DNA of 64,000 nt, from NCBI GenBank assembly GCA_037925075.1, contig JAXSNR010000001.1, forward strand, positions 64,001-128,000. Reading direction: 5' to 3'. Under the pieces are notes generated by a model, which saw only the letters and a program-made list of their open reading frames with translations, was not told the origin of the DNA and ran no database searches. This stretch comes from Aquificaceae bacterium (GTDB taxonomy: Bacteria > Aquificota > Aquificia > Aquificales > Aquificaceae). Position numbers and translations under genes: made by a program. Below are positions 39,918-50,235 of the stretch, one piece after another; position 1 is the first letter of the stretch; each line of letters starts with the position of its first letter.

Positions 39918-41134
39918 GGCACATACTCTTTGTGTCTTTAAAGTTTCTTTACGAAAGAAAAAGGCAGACAATCATATCCGTGTTGGGAGTTTCCATAGGT
40001 GTTTCCGCCTTTATAGTTATGAGTTCCCTTATGCTTGGCTTTCAAAACTACTTTATACAGCAGGTTATAGACCTTGAGCCCCATATTAGGATAAAGCCAA
40101 GGGAGGAAAAACAAAGCACAGAACCCTTTTCTCTTTTGCTTGGTGAAAAGCCCGTAGAAAAGGACAGGATACTGGGATGGCAGGATATGGTGCAAAACCT
40201 TGAAAAACATCCGCATGTGCTTGGTGTGGCACCAAGGCTTGTAAGCAGAGGAATTTTAAAGTACGGAGTGAAGGAAAAACCGATAACCCTTTTGGGCATT
40301 GACCCACAGAGAGAGCCAAAAGCGTCCATAATAGAGAAGTTTTTGGTGCATAAGAACCTAAAAAAGCTTGAAACCAACAAAACGGGCCTTATCGTAGGTG
40401 TCCTTGTGGCAAAAAGCCTTGGCATAAAAGATTTGGGCAAAAAGCTTTTGCTTGTGGCACCCAACGGACAGACCCTTCTGGTCACGGTGGAGGACTTTTT
40501 TGAGTCGGGCATTACCAACATAGATGATGCGAGAGTTTATATAAACATAAAGACACTTCAGAGCCTTTTGAACAAGCAGGGAGAGGTCAATGAGATAATT
40601 CTAAAAATAAGGGATGTGAATATGGCGGAAAGGCTATCAAGGGAGTTTCAAGAGCTTGTGCCTTACGAGGTGGAAAGCTGGCAGAAGGCTTACAGAAACT
40701 TTTTGAGCATATTCAAAATACAAAACATAATAACCTACATGATAGTCTTTGCCATACTTACAGTTTCCGCCTTTGGAATTTTTAACATCATAATGATGAC
40801 GGTTTTGGAGAAGAAAAGGGATATTGCAATACTTATGGCCATGGGTTTTTTGCGTAAGGACATACTTCTTATATTTATGGTGGAAGGCTTTGTGGTGGGT
40901 GTATTGGGTGCGGCCTTTGGCTCTATAATAGGATTTGGAATTCAGGAGTATCTTGAGTCTGTTAAGCTTGATGTGGAGGGGCTCATAAGGACAAAGGGCT
41001 TTGTGCTTGACAGAAGCCCTATCTTTTACTTTTACGCTTTGGTTTTTTCTCTCTTTTTCTCCCTTTTGGCAAGCCTTTATCCTTCTTACAGGGCAAGCAG
41101 GCTAAACCCTGTGGATATCTTTAGAAGCCAATGA
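39914..41134 (+). CDS. ABC transporter permease (MacB/LolE/FtsX family)
   Basis: LGVSIGV, EKKRDIAILMAMG, YPSYRASRLNPV. Confidence 0.9.
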   Translation: MRHILFVSLKFLYERKRQTIISVLGVSIGVSAFIVMSSLMLGFQNYFIQQVIDLEPHIRIKPREEKQSTEPFSLLLGEKPVEKDRILGWQDMVQNLEKHPHVLGVAPRLVSRGILKYGVKEKPITLLGIDPQREPKASIIEKFLVHKNLKKLETNKTGLIVGVLVAKSLGIKDLGKKLLLVAPNGQTLLVTVEDFFESGITNIDDARVYINIKTLQSLLNKQGEVNEIILKIRDVNMAERLSREFQELVPYEVESWQKAYRNFLSIFKIQNIITYMIVFAILTVSAFGIFNIIMMTVLEKKRDIAILMAMGFLRKDILLIFMVEGFVVGVLGAAFGSIIGFGIQEYLESVKLDVEGLIRTKGFVLDRSPIFYFYALVFSLFFSLLASLYPSYRASRLNPVDIFRSQ

Positions 41135-41787
41135 AACTGATAGAGCTAAAAGGTGTTAAAAAGTCCATAGGTCAGGAGCATATACTTAAAGGTGTAGATT
41201 TTGGAGTGTATGAAGGGGAGTTTGTTGCCATAATAGGTGCCAGTGGATCGGGAAAAAGCTCCATGCTTTACATTATGGGGCTTCTCGACAGACCCACAGA
41301 GGGTGAGGTCTTTTTTGAGGGTCAAAGGGTGGAATTTTCCGACGAGAAAAGGCTTTCGGAGATAAGAAACAAAAAGATAGGCTTTGTATTCCAGTTTCAT
41401 TATCTCATATCAGAGTTTAACCTTTTGGAGAACGTTATGCTACCCGCCATAAAGATGGGCATGGAAAGGGATAAGGCGGAGGAGAGGGCTTATGAACTTC
41501 TCAAGAAGTTGGGACTTGGAGGGAAAGAAAAGAGGAAGATTTATCAGATCTCCGGCGGGGAGATGCAAAGGGTCGCCATAGCAAGAGCTTTGATGAACAA
41601 ACCCTCTGTAATACTTGCGGATGAGCCCACGGGAAACTTGGACAGCAAAAACACTCAAAGGGTTATGGAAATCTTCCAAGAGATAAACTCGGAGGGAACT
41701 ACCATAGTGATGGTCACCCACGAACTTGAACTTGCCAAGCTTTCGCACAGGGTGGTGGAAGTTAAAGATGGTGAGATTTTAAGATAA
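41131..41787 (+). CDS. ABC transporter ATP-binding protein (LolD/MacB-type)
   Basis: GASGSGKS, GFVFQ, ISGGEMQRVAIARA, ADEPTGNLD. Confidence 0.93.
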   Translation: MKLIELKGVKKSIGQEHILKGVDFGVYEGEFVAIIGASGSGKSSMLYIMGLLDRPTEGEVFFEGQRVEFSDEKRLSEIRNKKIGFVFQFHYLISEFNLLENVMLPAIKMGMERDKAEERAYELLKKLGLGGKEKRKIYQISGGEMQRVAIARALMNKPSVILADEPTGNLDSKNTQRVMEIFQEINSEGTTIVMVTHELELAKLSHRVVEVKDGEILR

Positions 41788-41807
41788 GAGAATAAAAAAA
41801 TTAACTA

Positions 41808-41836
41808 TTGACAAATGATATATATTAGCTTATAAT
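41808..41836 (+). promoter_or_regulatory. Perfect consensus sigma-70 promoter of the molybdoenzyme operon
   Basis: TTGACA(41808)-17 nt-TATAAT(41831), followed by a GGAGGAGG RBS. Confidence 0.8.
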
Positions 41837-41870
41837 TAAAAACATGACTTTAATCAGGAGGAGGTAAGCC

Positions 41871-44800
41871 ATGGGAGACCTCAATCGTAGGGATCTTTTA
41901 AAGCTTGGAGCTATGAGCTTGGCGTCCCTTTCAAGTCCTGCCTTTTCCGCCATAAGGGTTTTTGAACCCGTGGTGAAGGTGGAAAACCCTCTTGCCTACT
42001 ATCCAAACAGGGATTGGGAGAGGTTTTACAGGGATATATACCGCTCGGAGTCTTCCTTTGTATTTCTGTGTGCCCCCAACGACACACATAACTGCTTACT
42101 TACCGCTCATGTAAAAAACGGCGTTATAACAAGGATAGAACCCACTTACAAGTTTGGAGAGGCGACGGACATATACGGACTTAAGGTATCCCACAGATGG
42201 GACCCAAGGTGTTGCAATAAAGGCATAGCCCTTATGAGGAGGTTTTATGGAGACAGAAGGGTGAAAGGTCCTATGGTTAGGAGGGGCTTTTACGATTGGT
42301 ATAAGGCGGGTTTTCCAAGGGATCCTATAACTGGGAAACCTCCAGAAAAGTACTTCCAGAGAGGGAAGGACAAATTCATAAAGGTTACATGGGATGAAGT
42401 GGCAGACATAATAGCAAAAACTCTGATAAACATAGCGACTACCTATAGCGGTGAAGAGGGCAGAAAAAGACTTGAAGCACAAGGTCATTATCCCAAGCCC
42501 ATGCTCGATGCTATGGAGGGAGCCGGTACAAGGGTTCTCAAGTTTAGGGGTTCTATGCCCTTCCTTGCGGTGGTAAGGTATACCTCTGCATACAGGATGG
42601 CAAACATGGTGGCACTTCTTGACAGTCATATAAGGGGAGTTGGACCGGATAAGGCACTTGGTGGAAGGGGTTGGGACAACTATTCCTTTCATACGGACCT
42701 TGCACCTGGCCATCCCATGGTTTCTGGTCAGCAAAACGTGGAGTTTGACCTTTGTATGTTTGAGCACTCAAAACTGCTTATACTCTGGGGCATGAACCCC
42801 TTCACCACAAAGATGCCCGATTGCCACTGGCTTACGGAAGCAAGGATAAAGGGGTCAAAGGTGATAGTAATATCCAACGATTACTCACCCACAGCAAGGT
42901 CTGCGGATGAGCTTATTGTGGTAAGGACAGGAACAGACACAGCCTTAGCCCTGTCTATAGCCTATGTGATAATGAAGGAAAAGCTCTATCAAGAAAGGTA
43001 TGTAAAGAGCTTTACAGATATGCCCTTGCTTGTAAGAATGGACAATGGAAAGGTTCTAAGGGCAGGGGACATAATACCCAACTACAAACCCAAGCAACTT
43101 AAAAAGGCTGTAGTCTTTAAACCCGGTGAGCCACTTCCACCCTTCTTCAAACAGGACAAGCAGTATATACCAGAGCCGATAAGAAATAACGACATGGAAG
43201 ATTTTGTAGTATGGGACACAAAGACAAATTCTCCAAAGGTTATAACAAGGGATGATGTAGGTGAAGACTTTTTCAAGCTCGGCATAGACCCAGCCCTTAC
43301 GGGAAGTTATAAAGTGAAAACGGTTGATGGCAAGGAGGTTGAAGTAAAGCCCCTTTTCCAAGTTTACCTTGAGTTCTTTGAACAGAACTACACACCCAAA
43401 CAAGCTGAGATAATAACTGGCGTCCCAGCGAAAAAAATAGAGTCCCTTGCAAAGGAGATAGCAAGACATCCAAGAAATATGAAACTGGCGCAAGGCATGG
43501 GCGTGAACCAGTACCAGCATGCGGACCTCAAGGACAGAGCCATGTACATGATATGTGCCCTCACAGATAACATAGGGCACCCAACAGGAAACATAGGCTC
43601 TTACGCTGGTAATTTTAGGCTTGCCCTCTTTAATGGAGCACCTCAATACTTTGCAGAAGACCCCTTCAACATAGAGCTTGATCCTAACAAGCCTGCAAAG
43701 GTGAAGTTCTACTGGAAGCCAGAGTCCGCCCACTACTACTCTTACGATGACCGTCCTCAGTATATGGGAGACCACACCATAACTGGCAAATCACACATGC
43801 CCACACCTACAAAGTTTATTTGGTTTGTAGACGCCAACTCCACCCTTGGAAATGCCAAGTGGAAGTACAACATCATTATGAACACACTTCCAAAGATAGA
43901 GTGCATAGTTACCAACGAATGGTGGTGGTCGCTTACCTGTGAATATTCAGACATTGTGCTGGGTGTGGACGCTTGGAACGAGAACAAGTACTGGGACATA
44001 GCAGGCTCCGTAACCAACCCCTTTGTGTACGTGTGGCCCAAAACTGGACACAGAAGGTTCTTTGATACAAAAAACGATGCAGAGACCTTTGCCCTTGTTT
44101 CTAACAGGCTAACAGAGCTAACGGGAGACGAAAGGTTCAGAAACTATTGGAGGTTTGTGATAGAAGGTAAGCAGGATGTGGTTTATGTCCAAAGAGTTAT
44201 AAATGCCTCTGCAAATCTTAGAGGTTATAAGATTGAAGAGATAGCCAAAAAGGCCCATGAGGGCATACCATCCCTCATAATGACAAGAAGCTATCCCAAG
44301 TATGTGGGCGAAGACCAGACAAAGGATAGTATGCCATGGTATACAAAAAGTGGAAGGCTTGAGTTTTACAGGGAAGAGCGGGAGTTTATGGATGCGGGTG
44401 AAAACCTACCTGTTTACAGAGAACCTATAGACTCAACCCACCATGAGCCAAACGTGATAGTGGCAAAGCCCCACCCACTCTTAAGGCCAAAGAAGCCAGA
44501 AGATTATGGAATCAGCAGTAAGGATGCCCTTCTCAACACAGAATGGAGGCAAGCAAGGAATGTGCTTATAGAGCCTGAAAAGCTACCGGGTACAAAGCAT
44601 CCCCTTATGGTAACCATTGGGGCATCCCACATAATTCACACACCAAAATACAGGCACGCAGCCCATACCACAACAGGGGATACGGATGTGACCACATTAC
44701 TCTTCGGTCCCTTTGGAAACATATACAGGCACGACAAAAGAATGCCCTTCATATCCGAGGCATACATAGACATAAACCCCAAAGACCTTCAAAAGATGGG

Positions 44801-45335
44801 CATACAGGACGGCGATTACGTCTATGTGGATGCGGACCCTCAGGATAGACCCTTTAAAGGCTGGCAGAAGAGAAAGGAGGATTATGAGGTAGGTAGGCTA
44901 CTCCTGAGGGCAAGGGCATCTAACAACACACCACCCGGCTGTGCCAAGATATGGTTTAACATGTATGGCTCCTCTCACGGAACTGTAAGAGGAACAAAGG
45001 AAAACCCGAATGGATTAGCCAAGAACCCCCACACCCACTATCAATCCCTGTATAGAAAGGGAAGCCACCAGAGTGTGGTAAGAACATGGTTAAAGCCCAC
45101 TTATCAAACGGATACACTGATAAGGAAAGAGCTTATGGGGCAGGTTATAGGTAAGGGCTTTGCACCAGATGTGCACTGCACCATAGGAGCACCAAGAGAA
45201 GCCTTTGGCAAGATAACAAAAGCGGAGGATGGCGGAATAGGTGGTAAGGGTCTTTGGAGGCCTGTAAAGCTTGGCTTTAGACCCACAACCGCCAACGAAA
45301 GTCTTAGGAAATATCTGAAAGGAAAGTTTGTTTAA
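41871..45335 (+). CDS. Tat-exported type II DMSO-reductase-family molybdoenzyme alpha subunit (periplasmic NarG/NxrA-like)
   Basis: NRRDLLK Tat motif; CAPNDTHNC...PRCCNKG FS0 motif; NYSFHTDL (Asp Mo-ligand position); YTKSGRLEFY. Confidence 0.9.
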   Translation: MGDLNRRDLLKLGAMSLASLSSPAFSAIRVFEPVVKVENPLAYYPNRDWERFYRDIYRSESSFVFLCAPNDTHNCLLTAHVKNGVITRIEPTYKFGEATDIYGLKVSHRWDPRCCNKGIALMRRFYGDRRVKGPMVRRGFYDWYKAGFPRDPITGKPPEKYFQRGKDKFIKVTWDEVADIIAKTLINIATTYSGEEGRKRLEAQGHYPKPMLDAMEGAGTRVLKFRGSMPFLAVVRYTSAYRMANMVALLDSHIRGVGPDKALGGRGWDNYSFHTDLAPGHPMVSGQQNVEFDLCMFEHSKLLILWGMNPFTTKMPDCHWLTEARIKGSKVIVISNDYSPTARSADELIVVRTGTDTALALSIAYVIMKEKLYQERYVKSFTDMPLLVRMDNGKVLRAGDIIPNYKPKQLKKAVVFKPGEPLPPFFKQDKQYIPEPIRNNDMEDFVVWDTKTNSPKVITRDDVGEDFFKLGIDPALTGSYKVKTVDGKEVEVKPLFQVYLEFFEQNYTPKQAEIITGVPAKKIESLAKEIARHPRNMKLAQGMGVNQYQHADLKDRAMYMICALTDNIGHPTGNIGSYAGNFRLALFNGAPQYFAEDPFNIELDPNKPAKVKFYWKPESAHYYSYDDRPQYMGDHTITGKSHMPTPTKFIWFVDANSTLGNAKWKYNIIMNTLPKIECIVTNEWWWSLTCEYSDIVLGVDAWNENKYWDIAGSVTNPFVYVWPKTGHRRFFDTKNDAETFALVSNRLTELTGDERFRNYWRFVIEGKQDVVYVQRVINASANLRGYKIEEIAKKAHEGIPSLIMTRSYPKYVGEDQTKDSMPWYTKSGRLEFYREEREFMDAGENLPVYREPIDSTHHEPNVIVAKPHPLLRPKKPEDYGISSKDALLNTEWRQARNVLIEPEKLPGTKHPLMVTIGASHIIHTPKYRHAAHTTTGDTDVTTLLFGPFGNIYRHDKRMPFISEAYIDINPKDLQKMGIQDGDYVYVDADPQDRPFKGWQKRKEDYEVGRLLLRARASNNTPPGCAKIWFNMYGSSHGTVRGTKENPNGLAKNPHTHYQSLYRKGSHQSVVRTWLKPTYQTDTLIRKELMGQVIGKGFAPDVHCTIGAPREAFGKITKAEDGGIGGKGLWRPVKLGFRPTTANESLRKYLKGKFV

Positions 45336-45347
45336 AGGAGGTGAGCC

Positions 45348-46457
45348 ATGGCTAAGGCTTACAATTGGCAGTTGGGTAGGGAAGTAAACTATCCATACGA
45401 ACCCAAAAGACCAAAACGCCAGTTTGCTGTAGTTATGGACCTTAACAAGTGCATAGCCTGTCAGACATGCACAGTAGCCTGCAAAACCACATGGACGCCA
45501 GGACGGGGTCAAGAGTACATACTTTGGAACAACGTAGAAACTAAACCTTGGGGTTTTTATCCTCTTGGTTGGGATATAAGGCTACTGGAACTCTTGGATG
45601 GAAATAAGAAAACCGTCTTTGATGCTCCAGAGGGAGAAAGGGTATTGGGTTGGATGCCAGAGGATATGGACTGGATGTATCCAAATGTGGGAGAAGATGA
45701 GGTAAATGAGCCTGTTGATGTGGGTACTGTACTTGAAAACCTTCCCCATCCCATATGGATGTTCTATCTACCAAGAATATGCAATCACTGTACCTACCCT
45801 GCATGCCTTGCCGCCTGCCCAAGACAGGCAATATACAAAAGGGAAGAGGATGGCATAGTGCTTATAGACCCAGAAAGGTGTGAAGGCTATCAGGAGTGTG
45901 TAAGGGCTTGTCCTTACAAGAAGACCATGTTCAACTTTGTTGCAAGGATATCCCAAAAGTGCATAGGTTGTTTTCCAAGGGTGGAAGAGGGGCTTCAGCC
46001 CCAATGTGTTATTACCTGCATAGGGAAGATAAGGCTTATGGGCTTTATAAACCCACCGGAGAAGGCAAGGCAAGATAACCCAATAGACTTCCTTGTACAT
46101 ATAAAAAAGGTTGCACTTCCTCTTTATCCTCAAACAGGGCTTGAGCCAAATGTTTACTACATACCACCAATAAACGTGCCCCTTAGCTTTCTAAAGCAGA
46201 TGTTTGGTCCAGGTGTAGAGCATGCGGTAAAGACCTACACGGCTATGAGGGAAGGCAAAGAGCCAGAGCTACAGGCACTCTTGCACCTTTTTGGTTCAAC
46301 ACCAAGAATTCCACATACATTTGCAGTAGGTAGGAACGAGGTCATAGCGTATGATGAAGCAGGGAAAGAAATAGTTAGAGTGCCTCTTGTTGAGCCTATT
46401 CAATTCAGGCCTCACAAGGATGAAAGGTTAGATGTGGTAAGACAGGACATACCTTAA
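45348..46457 (+). CDS. Fe-S beta subunit (NarH/NxrB-like)
   Basis: YNWQLGR, CIACQTCTVAC, CNHCTYPACLAAC, CEGYQECVRAC, CIGC...CVITC. Confidence 0.92.
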   Translation: MAKAYNWQLGREVNYPYEPKRPKRQFAVVMDLNKCIACQTCTVACKTTWTPGRGQEYILWNNVETKPWGFYPLGWDIRLLELLDGNKKTVFDAPEGERVLGWMPEDMDWMYPNVGEDEVNEPVDVGTVLENLPHPIWMFYLPRICNHCTYPACLAACPRQAIYKREEDGIVLIDPERCEGYQECVRACPYKKTMFNFVARISQKCIGCFPRVEEGLQPQCVITCIGKIRLMGFINPPEKARQDNPIDFLVHIKKVALPLYPQTGLEPNVYYIPPINVPLSFLKQMFGPGVEHAVKTYTAMREGKEPELQALLHLFGSTPRIPHTFAVGRNEVIAYDEAGKEIVRVPLVEPIQFRPHKDERLDVVRQDIP

Positions 46458-46468
46458 GGAGGTGAGCC

Positions 46469-47305
46469 ATGAGGTATGCGGGAGTTTTAATCTTGGGACT
46501 TATGCTTTCAGGTGTTGTTTTTTCCCAAGAGTTAGTATGCAAGAGGGTAAAAAGCTTACCACTGGACCCCTTTGATAAGGCGTGGGCAGATGTCAAGCCT
46601 GTGGATGTTCCCCTCAGCGGTCAGACGGTGACAACCCCGATGCAACTCAAGCCCTCAGTGACAAGCATTGCCGTAAAATGCCTTAATGATGGAAAGAACA
46701 TAGCTTTCCATTTTATTTGGCCCGATAAAACCGAAGATAGGTTTCACTTAGTAAGCAAATTCTCGGATGCGGTAGCAGTTCAGATTCCCTATAAGCCATC
46801 CGCAGATGTTCCAGTAACTATGGGAGAAAAAGGTCAGAGAGTTCTCATACTACATTGGAGTGCCTTCCGACAAGAAAACATAGATAAGGGCTACTCAGAT
46901 ACCGCCAAGATATACCCAAATTACGCCTACGACTGGTACCCACATACAGACTCACCTTATAAGTACCCTGAAAACTGGGCTAATCAGTATGCTTTAAATT
47001 ACATAGGGGGTGAGAAGGTTTTCAGAAAGAACACCTTTAACACACCAGTGAGGGAAGTGGTTGCAGAGGGCTATGGCTCTTCCACATGGAAGGATATACA
47101 GGGAGCAGAAGGAAAGGGCGTATACAAAGATGGAAAATGGCATGTGGTTATAAAGAGGGCTTTTGTGGAAGAAAGCACTTCAAACCCTGAATGGGGACCT
47201 GGAAAGGAAACCTTTGCAAGCTTTGCGGTATGGGATGGAAGCAACGGAGAAGTGGGTGCGAGGAAGTCCTTGAGCTATTCATGGATAAAGCTAAAGGTGG
47301 AGTAA
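46469..47305 (+). CDS. Heme b-binding gamma subunit (ethylbenzene dehydrogenase gamma-like)
   Basis: Sec-type signal peptide; FSDAVAVQ, TMG, AEGYG, FAVWDGSNGE..RK. Confidence 0.82.
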   Translation: MRYAGVLILGLMLSGVVFSQELVCKRVKSLPLDPFDKAWADVKPVDVPLSGQTVTTPMQLKPSVTSIAVKCLNDGKNIAFHFIWPDKTEDRFHLVSKFSDAVAVQIPYKPSADVPVTMGEKGQRVLILHWSAFRQENIDKGYSDTAKIYPNYAYDWYPHTDSPYKYPENWANQYALNYIGGEKVFRKNTFNTPVREVVAEGYGSSTWKDIQGAEGKGVYKDGKWHVVIKRAFVEESTSNPEWGPGKETFASFAVWDGSNGEVGARKSLSYSWIKLKVE

Positions 47306-47306
47306 G

Positions 47307-47996
47307 ATGGAGCTTTATAAAGCTTTCCTTTATAGATTCTTATCGCTGGCTTTTGACTATCCGAGTGAGGAAAACCTCAAGACTCTAAAGGAGGGTCTTG
47401 AGGACCTCTCCCTATCTCTTAAAAACCTTGGTGTTGATTTTGACATAGAAGTGCTAAAAACATGCTTGCAAGATTACGAAAGTGAAGAAAGGCTTTTAGA
47501 CCTTCAGTGTGAGTGGAGCTACCTCTTTGCCACATCTCAGAAGGCACCAAACTGGGAAACCGCTTACGAGCTTGAAAAGGCAGGAAGGAAGGCATACGAG
47601 CTTGCAGATATAGAAGGTTTTTACAGAGCCTTTGGTCTTGAGGTAAGACAAGGATATGAACCGGATGGGTTAATTCCGCAGATAGAATTTTTGAGCCTTC
47701 TGCTCTTAAAAAAGGTCCACGCTGAACAAGTGGAGAAGATGGAAATAGCCAGTAAAGCCTACGAGGATTTCTTCCGAGAGCATCTTGGAAGGTGGTACAG
47801 GCTTTTCTGCCAACTTGTTGAAGAAGAGACTCAGGAGGAATACTACAGGCTTATGTCTAAGCTAATGCGTTCTTTCCTTGACAGAGAAAGACAGGAAATA
47901 AAGGGCATACTGGACATCACAGAGTATAAAAAGGAAATGCTTGAAGGCTCCACATGGGAGTGCGGTATCAATCAAAAAGCTCCACCGCTCTCCTGA
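47307..47996 (+). CDS. TorD/NarJ-family molybdoenzyme chaperone
   Basis: YRFLSLAFDYP, ETAY, LADIEGFYRAFG, EPD, FFREHLGRW. Confidence 0.88.
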   Translation: MELYKAFLYRFLSLAFDYPSEENLKTLKEGLEDLSLSLKNLGVDFDIEVLKTCLQDYESEERLLDLQCEWSYLFATSQKAPNWETAYELEKAGRKAYELADIEGFYRAFGLEVRQGYEPDGLIPQIEFLSLLLLKKVHAEQVEKMEIASKAYEDFFREHLGRWYRLFCQLVEEETQEEYYRLMSKLMRSFLDRERQEIKGILDITEYKKEMLEGSTWECGINQKAPPLS

Positions 47997-49344
47997 GGAC
48001 TTGTTCCGTCTCTTCCCTGCTGGGCATTTCCGTATAAATTCTTATGAGTGGCTCCGTGCCGGAGGCTCTAAAAAGTAGCCAGCCATCTCCTTCAAAAATA
48101 AGCTTAAGACCGTCAAGGGTGATAACCTTTGAAACCTTAAAGTCTCCAAGCTTCTCTGGAGGGTTTTCTATAAGCTTTTTGAGTTTTTGCTTTTTGTCCT
48201 CCTCCGCATGCAGATCGACCCTATTGTAGTACGCCTCTCCGTATTCCCTAAAGATTTCCGAGATTAACTCAGAAAGGGATTTGTCCTTTAGGAGAAGAAG
48301 CTCAAGGAGGTTAAGACCCGCAAAAAGCCCATCCCTCTCGGGAAGAAAATCCACAATGCCATAACCTCCGCTTTCCTCACCTCCAAATATTACCTTTTCC
48401 CTTAGTATAACCTCGTTTATGTTCTTAAAGCCTACCGCCACCTCTTTTAGCTCCACTCCTTCCCTTTTGCATATTCTGTCCGCAAGGTAAGTGGTGGATA
48501 CGGTCTTTACCACAATACCATCCCTTACATTCTTGTTTTTAAGAATATGATACAAAAGCAACACATACATAAGCTGTGTGTTCACAAAGTCTCCCTTTTC
48601 ATCCACCAAGACTATACGGTCTCCATCTCCGTCGTTGGCTATGCCGAGGTCCGCTCCCACTGCTCTGACCTTCATAAAAAGAGGCTCAAGGTGCTTCTCC
48701 ACAGGCTCCGGTGCATGTCCTCCAAACAGGGGATCCCTGTAGCTTCTTATCTGATGGACTGTAAGCCTTGTACCAGAAAGCACATGGGAATAGGTCCCCA
48801 AGGCGGAGCCGTACATGGCGTCATGCACAAGCAAAAACTCCCTTTGACCAAATAGCTCCATGTTTATGCTTTTTTTGACCTCCCTCATGTACTCAGCCCA
48901 GATATTCACATACTCGGGATTAAACTTTTCGGGCTTTATATCCTTTGCATTTTTTAACTCCTCTTCCACCTGTGCCACAAAGTCCGGTGTGGCGGAGCCA
49001 CCAAAGGAGTCCTTTATCTTATACCCGTTGTATTCCGGTGGATTGTGGGAGGCGGTTATCATAACTCCGTTGTCAAAGCCCATGTATTTAACCGCAAAGG
49101 AGACCATGGGAGTGGCGCAAGACTTTATACTTAGATAACATTCAAAGCCCATGGTTTTGAAAACCCTATAAACCTCAAGGGCAAAATATTCAGACATAAA
49201 CCGGTTATCGTAGCCAACCACCACCTTTTTTTTACCTTGTCTTTCAAGCACCCTCGCATGTGCATAAGCGACCTTTCTAACGTTCTCAAAGGTAAAAGTA
49301 TCACCTATGATGGCTCTCCATCCGTCGGTTCCAAACTTTATCAT
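47968..49344 (-). CDS. Phosphoglucomutase/phosphomannomutase
   Basis: FGTDGWR, TASHNP, DGDGDR, GEES, RASGTEP. Confidence 0.94.
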   Translation of the reverse strand: MIKFGTDGWRAIIGDTFTFENVRKVAYAHARVLERQGKKKVVVGYDNRFMSEYFALEVYRVFKTMGFECYLSIKSCATPMVSFAVKYMGFDNGVMITASHNPPEYNGYKIKDSFGGSATPDFVAQVEEELKNAKDIKPEKFNPEYVNIWAEYMREVKKSINMELFGQREFLLVHDAMYGSALGTYSHVLSGTRLTVHQIRSYRDPLFGGHAPEPVEKHLEPLFMKVRAVGADLGIANDGDGDRIVLVDEKGDFVNTQLMYVLLLYHILKNKNVRDGIVVKTVSTTYLADRICKREGVELKEVAVGFKNINEVILREKVIFGGEESGGYGIVDFLPERDGLFAGLNLLELLLLKDKSLSELISEIFREYGEAYYNRVDLHAEEDKKQKLKKLIENPPEKLGDFKVSKVITLDGLKLIFEGDGWLLFRASGTEPLIRIYTEMPSREETEQVLRRAVELFD

Positions 49345-50198
49345 CTTTGCCCTCCTTGTGGTACGTTTATTATTGGCGTCATCTTGGTATCATAGGGTAA
49401 AAGTATTATGGTGTTGTTTTGGCTTCTGGCGTATTCCTGAATGTTTTCTACAAACTTCCACATAAGGTATTCTCTCGTAAGAGACCCAGCTATTATCCTG
49501 TTTGCCTCAGCTATTCCTTGAGCTTCTACCTTTTTTCTCTCCGCCTCAAGCTTTTCCTTTTCCAAAAGAAACTGCATCCTTTGAGCCTCTTCGTAGGCCC
49601 TACGCTTTTCTTCAATGGCTTTTACCACACTATCCGGTAGCCTTATATCTCTTATAAGCACATCCTCAAGGACAAGGTACCTCTTTGTAAGTTGTCCCTG
49701 CACCTCCCTTTTTATCCTTTCCTGCAATTTTTGCCTCTCTTGATATACTACGGAGCTTTCCATTTCCGCTATGGCATCTCTAACCGCCGTTCTAACTATT
49801 TGCTTTATTATCTTCTCCTCGTAGTCAGGTCCATACTCTCTTATTAATTCTGGTGCCTTGTTGGCATCCACCCTATAAAGAACCGCCACATCCATACTTA
49901 CGGGCAAGCCATCTTTTGAAAGACTGCTTATGGGGTTTTGCCTCTCTCTGGTAAACTCCACAGCCTTAGTTCTTATCTCAACCTTTTCCACAGTTTGTAG
50001 AAAGGGAATTCTAAAGTGTAGCCCCTCTCTCAAAGGTGCTGGGTCAATCTTACCTAAAGTTCTTTTTACTCCTACAAAACCTGATTGAACTATCACTAGG
50101 GGATTGCCCGCAAGGGCAAGAAGCAAAAGGACTATTAAAAAAACCACAAAGTAGCTTATAGACCTAAAGCCTTCAAAAGTGGGGTTTTTAATCTTCAC
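49341..50198 (-). CDS. SPFH/band 7 (prohibitin) family protein
   Basis: N-terminal TM; EGLHFRIPF, SKDG, AIEEK, EAERKKVEAQG. Confidence 0.9.
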   Translation of the reverse strand: MKIKNPTFEGFRSISYFVVFLIVLLLLALAGNPLVIVQSGFVGVKRTLGKIDPAPLREGLHFRIPFLQTVEKVEIRTKAVEFTRERQNPISSLSKDGLPVSMDVAVLYRVDANKAPELIREYGPDYEEKIIKQIVRTAVRDAIAEMESSVVYQERQKLQERIKREVQGQLTKRYLVLEDVLIRDIRLPDSVVKAIEEKRRAYEEAQRMQFLLEKEKLEAERKKVEAQGIAEANRIIAGSLTREYLMWKFVENIQEYARSQNNTIILLPYDTKMTPIINVPQGGQR

Positions 50199-50235
50199 AT
50201 TACCCTCCTCAAAGGGAAATTATAATAGACTTGAT

